Virus record (IMG/VR): IMGVR_UViG_3300021971_000202
Length of the DNA: 11,431 nucleotides
Strand: one strand, 5' to 3'
Source: a virus
Shown here: positions 1 through 5,614 of the stretch, in pieces
Layout: every line of letters begins with the position of its first letter
Numbering within the stretch: the first letter of the stretch is position 1
The notes under the pieces: model-generated
The model's input: the letters and a program-made list of their open reading frames with translations, nothing else
Databases searched by the model: none
What the model was told of the DNA's origin: nothing
Position numbers and translations under genes: made by a program

Positions 1-67
1 AATTATCCCCTCCCTATTAAAAAGTTAGGCATACCCAAAACTTAATTTTTAGGCACACCTAACTTTA
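1..67. repeat. Left inverted terminal repeat (ITR-L), putative protein-primed replication origin
   Basis: Bases 1-67 are the exact reverse complement of 11365-11431, checked base by base; the first mismatch is 68 vs 11364. The genome end reads 5'-AATTATCCCC. Internal substructure: AAAGTTAGG (21-29) pairs with CCTAACTTT (58-66), and TTAGGCAYACC is directly repeated at 25-35 and 49-59. Confidence 0.95.
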
Positions 68-115
68 ATATACGATATGGAGAAAAAACTTTATAAAAAT
101 ATTTTCAAAAAAGGG

Positions 116-144
116 TTGCAAAATAATTTTTATCATGGTATACT
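116..144 (+). promoter_or_regulatory. Sigma-A-type early promoter with extended -10
   Basis: -35 TTGCAA (116-121), 17-nt spacer, TGgTATACT (136-144; -10 TATACT at 139-144). An A/T-rich UP-like tract lies upstream (about 91-112). The predicted start near 151 lies just before the first SD (AGGAGG 161-166). Confidence 0.6.
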
Positions 145-175
145 TTAGATAATCAAATAAAGGAGGAAATAAAAA

Positions 176-424
176 ATGCACTCACACAAGATCTACATTG
201 TTGCTTCCACTGAAAATGTTAGAGATGTTCATATTCAGAATGTATATGACGGTGATGTTTTCACTCTTGATTCTATTGTAGCAGGTCTCAAAGATCAATT
301 AAAGGGACTTAGGCATTATATATCAAGTGACGGTAGCAAAGCGTATATTGATATAATTGATTCTCAAAATGAATTAGTTAAAACAATTTCTATTGTTAGT
401 AAGAATGTTATGTTAAAGTATTAA
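176..424 (+). CDS. Hypothetical early protein (82 aa), first gene after the promoter
   Basis: ATG at 176 lies 9 nt after AGGAGG (161-166). It has the same orientation and close spacing as neighbouring genes. I recognise no motif. Confidence 0.7.
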   Translation: MHSHKIYIVASTENVRDVHIQNVYDGDVFTLDSIVAGLKDQLKGLRHYISSDGSKAYIDIIDSQNELVKTISIVSKNVMLKY

Positions 425-452
425 TCAAAAAAAATAAAGGGGGATTATTATG
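415..452 (+). repeat. Intergenic junction cassette, copy 2 (AAAGTATTAATC-A(n)-TAAAGGRG...ATG)
   Basis: AAAGTATTAATCAAAAAAAATAAAGGGGGATTATTATG aligns with 740-776 with only 2-3 indels or substitutions. The core AATCAAA..TAAAGGAGG is also present at 151-166. Confidence 0.8.
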
Positions 453-749
453 AAAAAAGTACAATTAAAGAATAAGAACACAGAAGAAATTAAACGGGTA
501 AAAGTTGGATATTCATGGACAGTGCTTTTCTGGGGATTTATTCCTTCATTATTTAGAAAAGATTGGATAGGAGCATTAGTAATTTTCGTATTAAATATAG
601 TTGTTTCATATTTAATTGGAACATATGGATTATTAGTTTCAGATGGTATTATTGGTGCATTATACAACAAGAATTATATTAGTCGGTTATTAAAAGATGG
701 ATATGTACCACTTAGTGATCAAGATAAGACTGTAATGTCAAAGTATTAA
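450..749 (+). CDS. Small two-helix membrane protein (99 aa), DUF2628-like by pattern
   Basis: ATG at 450 follows SD AAAGGGGGA. Two hydrophobic stretches are present (WTVLFWGFIPSLF and IGALVIFVLNIVVSYLIGTYGLLV). The pattern SW..LFWGFIPSLFRKDW plus a C-terminal YNKNYISRLLKDGY resembles DUF2628-type proteins; this is from recollection, not searched. Confidence 0.7.
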   Translation: MKKVQLKNKNTEEIKRVKVGYSWTVLFWGFIPSLFRKDWIGALVIFVLNIVVSYLIGTYGLLVSDGIIGALYNKNYISRLLKDGYVPLSDQDKTVMSKY

Positions 750-776
750 TCAAAAAATAAAGGAGATTATATTATG
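740..776 (+). repeat. Intergenic junction cassette, copy 3
   Basis: AAAGTATTAATCAAAAAATAAAGGAGATTATATTATG is a near-identical direct repeat of 415-452. It includes the last two codons (K-Y) and the TAA stop of the upstream gene, plus the SD and ATG of the downstream gene. Confidence 0.8.
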
Positions 777-1262
777 AGTTTAAGTGTATATGAAAAGAAC
801 AACGTTGCAAGTGGTGTTGATTGTTTAGTTAAGGGTCATCTATCATTTAATGTTTTAAACCAACCACGCACACAGAAACCTAACGAATATGTTTCTGATC
901 CTAAACCAGAATATGTTGTTTCATTAGATGACCCCAAATTTTTAAAGGGTGATGATAACTTAATTAAAGCATTGAAAGAAACTCAATACGGTGAACAGAG
1001 TAATAAACTATCTATTCGGGATAAGTCACCGTTTGCACCAATGATCTTTGGGGTTGACAACGAGAAACAAAGCGGTAGTGATTTAATTCCAGAGGGTAAC
1101 AGTTTGAAAAACGGGCAACAAGTTTTAGTTCATGTTACTACGTACACAGGACACGGGAATGTTGGTTGTGGATTTGACGCTATCAAAGTTGCTGTTCCTT
1201 TGAGTGATGTTGAAATTACAGAAGCAGGTGGTGCAGTTTCCGCTGATGTATTTGATATTTAA
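774..1262 (+). CDS. Putative ssDNA-binding protein (T7 gp2.5-like / DUF2815-like), 162 aa
   Basis: SD AAAGGAGA lies upstream of the start. An N-terminal V.GHLSF.VLNQPR pattern, a central GNVGCGFDAIKV pattern and an acidic/aromatic C-terminal tail (SADVFDI) resemble gp2.5-family SSBs. Its position in the replication module, upstream of the TP candidate and polymerase, fits this role. No search was run. Confidence 0.5.
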   Translation: MSLSVYEKNNVASGVDCLVKGHLSFNVLNQPRTQKPNEYVSDPKPEYVVSLDDPKFLKGDDNLIKALKETQYGEQSNKLSIRDKSPFAPMIFGVDNEKQSGSDLIPEGNSLKNGQQVLVHVTTYTGHGNVGCGFDAIKVAVPLSDVEITEAGGAVSADVFDI

Positions 1263-1274
1263 GTAAGACAGGTG

Positions 1275-1299
1275 GGGCGGTGTTTACCGTCCTATTTTA
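1275..1299 (+). terminator. Rho-independent terminator or attenuator after the SSB-like gene
   Basis: Stem GGGCGGT (1275-1281), loop GTTT, stem ACCGTCC (1286-1292): 7 bp with one G-U pair, followed by TATTTTATT. The T-tract is interrupted, so it is probably leaky. Confidence 0.5.
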
Positions 1300-1314
1300 T
1301 TAGGGGGTGAAAAT

Positions 1315-1575
1315 ATGAACATTAAAGAACAACGGATCAGGCGTAAGATTAAATTACAACAGATTGGATCACTAGCAAAGCAAGCCCGGAAGCAGGATAG
1401 CATTGAAATTCGTGAGTTGAGTGCTAAAACCGGGTACACAACGCAATTAATTTACGCTTTTGAAAATGGTAATTCTAGTAATATGGTAATTTTGTTTGAT
1501 TGTTATTTCTGTAAACTAACAGAAACGACACAAAATAAATTATATCAACAAATAAGAGGTGTTTGTGATGAGTGA
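1315..1575 (+). CDS. XRE-family helix-turn-helix transcriptional regulator (86 aa)
   Basis: SD AGGGGGTGA (1302-1310). The segment IRELSAKTGYTTQLIYAFENGN fits the XRE/Cro-type HTH pattern (helix, G-turn, recognition helix, E.G). Confidence 0.6.
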   Translation: MNIKEQRIRRKIKLQQIGSLAKQARKQDSIEIRELSAKTGYTTQLIYAFENGNSSNMVILFDCYFCKLTETTQNKLYQQIRGVCDE

Positions 1576-2146
1576 TTATTCAGACTTTAACCAATTAGTT
1601 AGCAAGGCAAACAAGCGTTATCGTAGGTTATCCAAAAAAGGTTGGAAGACAGGAGCTTTGAAGAAAGCCGATAAAACAGGCGGGGCTTTTCATAACAGGC
1701 GTGGTATGAGTGCTAGGGAAAAAGCAAAGGAATATAAAAGAGTTAGCAACTTTTTAAATTCTAAAACGTCAACCGTTCGCGGTAGTCGTAAAGTTTTAAA
1801 GAATATGCTACACAGAACCGGGTTAAGTGATTTAGTTGATGATACACCCGATACCATTATGACAACCAATGTAGAACGTGAGAATGACGGTTCGGTCAAC
1901 GTTATTAATAAATTTTTTGATATTGCTTCAATGGTCAATGATTATTTAGAAAATAACCGAGGGGTCAAAGTGAGTTCTGATGAAATTTGGCGTTCAGTAC
2001 ACGACACCTATTTATCAGGTTATAGCAATGATTTTTCAGAAGCTGACGGGGACGCAATGGTTGCGAACGCTGTTAGAAAATTGCACGCAGATTATTTGAA
2101 AAGTCACGGTTCAAAAAGTTCCAATCAAACGTGGTCTACAATTTAG
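1568..2146 (+). CDS. Candidate terminal protein (TP) for protein-primed replication (192 aa)
   Basis: ATG at 1568 lies 6 nt after AAGAGGTG (1554-1561); the ORF track's GTG at 1559 sits inside that SD. The gene is immediately upstream of the protein-primed polymerase, as TP genes are in phi29-like phages. The N-terminal third is very basic (KANKRYRRLSKKGWKTGALKKADK...NRRGMSAREKAKEYKR) and the C-terminal part is more acidic and Ser/Tyr-containing. No sequence homology is recognisable to me. Confidence 0.5.
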   Translation: MSDYSDFNQLVSKANKRYRRLSKKGWKTGALKKADKTGGAFHNRRGMSAREKAKEYKRVSNFLNSKTSTVRGSRKVLKNMLHRTGLSDLVDDTPDTIMTTNVERENDGSVNVINKFFDIASMVNDYLENNRGVKVSSDEIWRSVHDTYLSGYSNDFSEADGDAMVANAVRKLHADYLKSHGSKSSNQTWSTI

Positions 2147-2158
2147 GGTGGTGAAAGC

Positions 2159-4276
2159 ATGATTAATGTAAATGAATTTGATTATGATATTGTTAAACGT
2201 GCATTTAATCATGCGAAAACCATTAAGACTAATAAAAAAGTAACTTATTATGAAATTGTGACTTCGTTTGATATTGAAACAACCAGCACCAAGCAAGACG
2301 ATCAAAAGTTTGCTTTTATGTATATTTGGCAATTCGCTTTTGAAGATGTGATTGTGTATGGTCGGACGTGGGAAGAGTATCAACATTTTACAAGTAAGTT
2401 AGTAGAAATTTTACACTTAAATACCAGTAAACGGTTAATAATATATGTTCATAATCTAGGTTATGAATTTCAGTTCATGCGAAAATATTTTGATTGGGCT
2501 AAGGACGGAATTTTTGCCGTTGATACTAGAGAGCCTGTAAAAGCCCTAACCAATAACGGGATCGAATACAAAGATAGTTATATTTTAGCTAGTTTAAACC
2601 TTGATCATGTTGCCAAGAATTTACAGCACCATAAAATTGAAAAATTAGTGGGAAATCTTGATTATACGCAAATTAGAACCTATAAAACGCATTTAACCAA
2701 TGATGAGTTAGCTTATTGCGCAAATGATGTTAAAATTGTGGTAGCTTATATTCACGAACAGATTGATGAATACGGAGATATTACTAAAATACCGTTAACT
2801 AATACTGGTCGAGTGAGACAGTACACTATGCAACAGGTTTATTTTAACGGTCAAAAACAACACCGTAATACGGGCGGACAGTACAAAAAATACCGTAAAT
2901 TAATGGATACGTTAACGCTATCACCAGAGGAATATCAGCAATTGAAACATGCTTTCCAAGGTGGATTCACGCATGCGAATGCCAACAAGCAAGGAAAAAT
3001 GATTGACAATGTGACGAGTTACGATTTTACAAGTTCATACCCGACTGTTATGGTGACCGAACAATTTCCAATGGGAAGAGGTTTCCACCCTAAAATTAAG
3101 TCCCGAAAAGACTTTGATTTTTACCGTGAACATTATTGTATGATTTTTGATATTAAGTTTACGAACCTATTTCCTAAAATTGAACAGGATCATTATTTAT
3201 CAAGTTCAAAATGTGAGTGTTCAAAGGATATGATCGAAGATAATGGGCGGATTTTTTCAGCGTCAACCGTGAAAACCACGATAACGAACATTGATTTTGA
3301 AATTATTGAACGGACGTACACGTGGGACAAGGCACAAGTAAGCAAAGTTCTCGCTTATCGTAAGGAGTTATTACCAAAGAATTTGATTAAAGCGATCATA
3401 CATTTGTACAAAAACAAGACTAAATTAAAAGGCGTTCCGGAACAACGTCCCGAATATATGCGGTCAAAAGGTATGCTAAACTCAATGTATGGAATGAGTG
3501 TCACTAACATTGTTCACGAGGAGAATAACTATATTAAAGATGAGTGGGAACAGGAAGAACCTAATTTAAGCAAAGAAATTATTAAGTATAACCAAAGTAA
3601 GAAACGTTTTCTATTTTACCCGTGGGGTGTTTTTGTTACTGCATATGCTAGACGGAATTTATGGACAGGAATAATCAGTGTAGGTGCTGATTATTGTTAT
3701 TCAGATACGGACAGTATCAAGATTGAGAACGGACAAAATCATTTAAGTTATATTAAAAAGTACAATGAGGTCACCAAAAGCAAGATTAAACAAGTTTGTG
3801 ATAAGTATAATTTAGATGTAAACGATTTTGCCCCGTTTACGATTAAGGGTAAACAAAAACCGATTGGTTACTGGGACAGCGAGGGTGTTTATGATAAATT
3901 TAAAACGTTAGGCGCTAAGCGATATTTAGTTTTTCAAAATAATAAATTGATGTTAACTTGCGCAGGTCTTTCAAAAAGTAAGGGTGTTGATTATTTACTA
4001 AAACAAAGTAATAACAATATTGAAAAAGCATTCAAATTATTTAATGATGAAATGTCGGTACCAGCAGAATATACGGGCAAGTTAACTCACACTTATATTG
4101 ATGATCCCGTAAAGGCGTTAGTAACTGATATTGACGGGAATAAAGTAGAGGTTAACCCCCTATCAAGTATTCATTTAGCACCAACGGAATTTAACCTATC
4201 AATTTCTAAAATGTATAATCAATTCTTATTGGCGTTGATTCATGGTGAACTTTTACTAAAGGACGTGCAAAAATGA
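2159..4276 (+). CDS. Family B DNA polymerase, protein-primed (phi29 gp2-like), 705 aa
   Basis: All hallmark motifs are read in the translation: Exo I SFDIETT, Exo II HNLGYEF, Exo III YCANDVKIV, motif A DFTSSYP (Dx2SLYP), motif B KGMLNSMYG (Kx3NSxYG), TAYARR (Tx2GR-like), motif C YSDTDSI, and KxY as GAKRYL. SD GGGTGGTGA lies upstream. Confidence 0.95.
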   Translation: MINVNEFDYDIVKRAFNHAKTIKTNKKVTYYEIVTSFDIETTSTKQDDQKFAFMYIWQFAFEDVIVYGRTWEEYQHFTSKLVEILHLNTSKRLIIYVHNLGYEFQFMRKYFDWAKDGIFAVDTREPVKALTNNGIEYKDSYILASLNLDHVAKNLQHHKIEKLVGNLDYTQIRTYKTHLTNDELAYCANDVKIVVAYIHEQIDEYGDITKIPLTNTGRVRQYTMQQVYFNGQKQHRNTGGQYKKYRKLMDTLTLSPEEYQQLKHAFQGGFTHANANKQGKMIDNVTSYDFTSSYPTVMVTEQFPMGRGFHPKIKSRKDFDFYREHYCMIFDIKFTNLFPKIEQDHYLSSSKCECSKDMIEDNGRIFSASTVKTTITNIDFEIIERTYTWDKAQVSKVLAYRKELLPKNLIKAIIHLYKNKTKLKGVPEQRPEYMRSKGMLNSMYGMSVTNIVHEENNYIKDEWEQEEPNLSKEIIKYNQSKKRFLFYPWGVFVTAYARRNLWTGIISVGADYCYSDTDSIKIENGQNHLSYIKKYNEVTKSKIKQVCDKYNLDVNDFAPFTIKGKQKPIGYWDSEGVYDKFKTLGAKRYLVFQNNKLMLTCAGLSKSKGVDYLLKQSNNNIEKAFKLFNDEMSVPAEYTGKLTHTYIDDPVKALVTDIDGNKVEVNPLSSIHLAPTEFNLSISKMYNQFLLALIHGELLLKDVQK

Positions 4277-5367
4277 CAAAGTACAAATTTTATAGTTTGA
4301 ATAATATTAAAAAGAAAAAAGCAACTTACAACGTAATTTTCGGAGAGCGGTCAAATGGTAAAACATACGCTGTATTAAAAGAAGCATTAAACTTATTTAA
4401 GAATGAGGGTAAGCAGTTCGCTTATGTAAGGCGGTGGCAAATTGATATTCAGGGTAGACGATCACAAGCTATATTTAGCGCCCTAGAAAGTAGTGGGGAA
4501 ATTGCCAAGATTTTCAATGATCAATATACTGGGGTATATTATTATGCCGGACGGTTCTATTTATGCACGTATGACGAACATGGAAAAGCGGTATATTCGG
4601 ACACTGATATTATAGGTTACACCTTTGCCCTATCTGATAACGAGCACAACAAGTCTAATTCATTTCCTAATGTGGGGTTAATCATGTTTGATGAATTTCT
4701 AACTAAGGGGTTATATTTACCAGATGAGTTTGTGTTATTTATGAACACCGTTTCAACGATCGTGCGTTTGCGAACTGATGTTAGAATTTATATGCTGGGT
4801 AATACTGTTAACAAGTTTTCCCCGTATTTTCAGGAAATGGGTTTAAAGCATATTAAAGAAATGAAACCCGGTTCAATTGATGTTTATAATTATGGTGATA
4901 GTAAGTTAAAAGTGGCAGTAGAGTATACAACTTCAACTAATAAACAAAAGAAAAATAATTTTTATTTTGCTTTTAATAACCCTAAATTAGCAATGATCAC
5001 GGGTGGGGCGTGGGAATTAAATATATATCCACACTTACCAGTAAAGTATAAACCGCATAACATTAAATTTATTTATTTTATTGAATTTAACGATCAAACT
5101 TTCCAATGTGAAGTTGTTGATAAAGAACCCTATTACTTTACTTTTATTCACTTGAAAACAACTCCGATTAAAGATGTAGACAACGATTTGATATATACTA
5201 CTGACTATATGCCTAAAATGAACTATAATAGAAATATAATGAAGCCGATCACGGAGTTACAAAAAAACATTAAATGGTTTTATGTGACTGATCGTGTTTA
5301 TTATCAAAATAATGATGTTGGCGATAGTATCAACAATTATCTAAAAATATGTAGACAGGGGTTGTAG
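4273..5367 (+). CDS. DNA encapsidation (packaging) ATPase, phi29 gp16-like, 364 aa
   Basis: Walker A GERSNGKT at aa 24-31, the same position as in phi29 gp16 by recollection. Walker B GLIMFDEF. The start overlaps the polymerase stop (ATGA at 4273-4276). Confidence 0.85.
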   Translation: MTKYKFYSLNNIKKKKATYNVIFGERSNGKTYAVLKEALNLFKNEGKQFAYVRRWQIDIQGRRSQAIFSALESSGEIAKIFNDQYTGVYYYAGRFYLCTYDEHGKAVYSDTDIIGYTFALSDNEHNKSNSFPNVGLIMFDEFLTKGLYLPDEFVLFMNTVSTIVRLRTDVRIYMLGNTVNKFSPYFQEMGLKHIKEMKPGSIDVYNYGDSKLKVAVEYTTSTNKQKKNNFYFAFNNPKLAMITGGAWELNIYPHLPVKYKPHNIKFIYFIEFNDQTFQCEVVDKEPYYFTFIHLKTTPIKDVDNDLIYTTDYMPKMNYNRNIMKPITELQKNIKWFYVTDRVYYQNNDVGDSINNYLKICRQGL

Positions 5368-5371
5368 TATA

Positions 5372-5614
5372 ATGGAAGAATTTTTAACGCACGGTTTAAC
5401 ACAGCTTATTTCAGCAGTGGGCTTTCCAATTGTAGTAGCGGTGGCGCTGTATTATCAAAACACAACGCTATCATCTAGTTATCAGAAGATGAACCAGCAG
5501 TTACAAGAAAAGATAGACAATAACACGTTGGTTTTAGCCCGTTTAGTTGAAAGGTTACACCAAGATGTTGTTCTAAACGATCCGACTGAAACCGAAAAGA
5601 GTGATGTTAAATGA
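5372..5614 (+). CDS. Small single-pass membrane protein, YvrJ-like (80 aa); holin candidate
   Basis: The N-terminal LISAVGFPIVVAVALYY matches the GFP-containing hydrophobic helix typical of YvrJ-family proteins (recollection). It is followed by a polar, helical, charged tail. The stop overlaps the portal start (ATGA at 5611-5614). Confidence 0.6.
   Translation: MEEFLTHGLTQLISAVGFPIVVAVALYYQNTTLSSSYQKMNQQLQEKIDNNTLVLARLVERLHQDVVLNDPTETEKSDVK

Noticed and set aside
68-175. A possible phi29-like pRNA gene in the left non-coding region
   Set aside because: After the ITR and the promoter, only about 25 nt remain between the predicted transcription start and the first ATG. That is far too short for a pRNA, so the absence is reported as a finding instead.
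393-424. Internal promoters upstream of junction cassette copies 2 and 3 (for example TGtTAAAGT at 411-419)
   Set aside because: The match to the -10 is weak (4 of 6). The only -35-like hexamer (TTGTTA 393-398) has a 15-nt spacer. The equivalent position in copy 3 (TGtCAAAGT) is worse, so the putative element is not conserved between copies.
1559-1567. GTG 1559 as the start of the TP candidate
   Set aside because: This GTG lies inside the AAGAGGTG SD sequence, which is correctly spaced for ATG 1568.
1315-1575. The HTH protein as evidence of a temperate or prophage lifestyle
   Set aside because: The genome has no integrase, recombinase, att-like repeats or divergent repressor/cro promoter pair, and its terminal ITRs indicate a free linear replicon.
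5368-5373. A perfect TATAAT hexamer just before or overlapping the ATG at 5372
   Set aside because: No -35 element or TG extension lies at the right distance, and it would give a leaderless start on the ATG itself. It is most likely a chance occurrence in AT-rich DNA.
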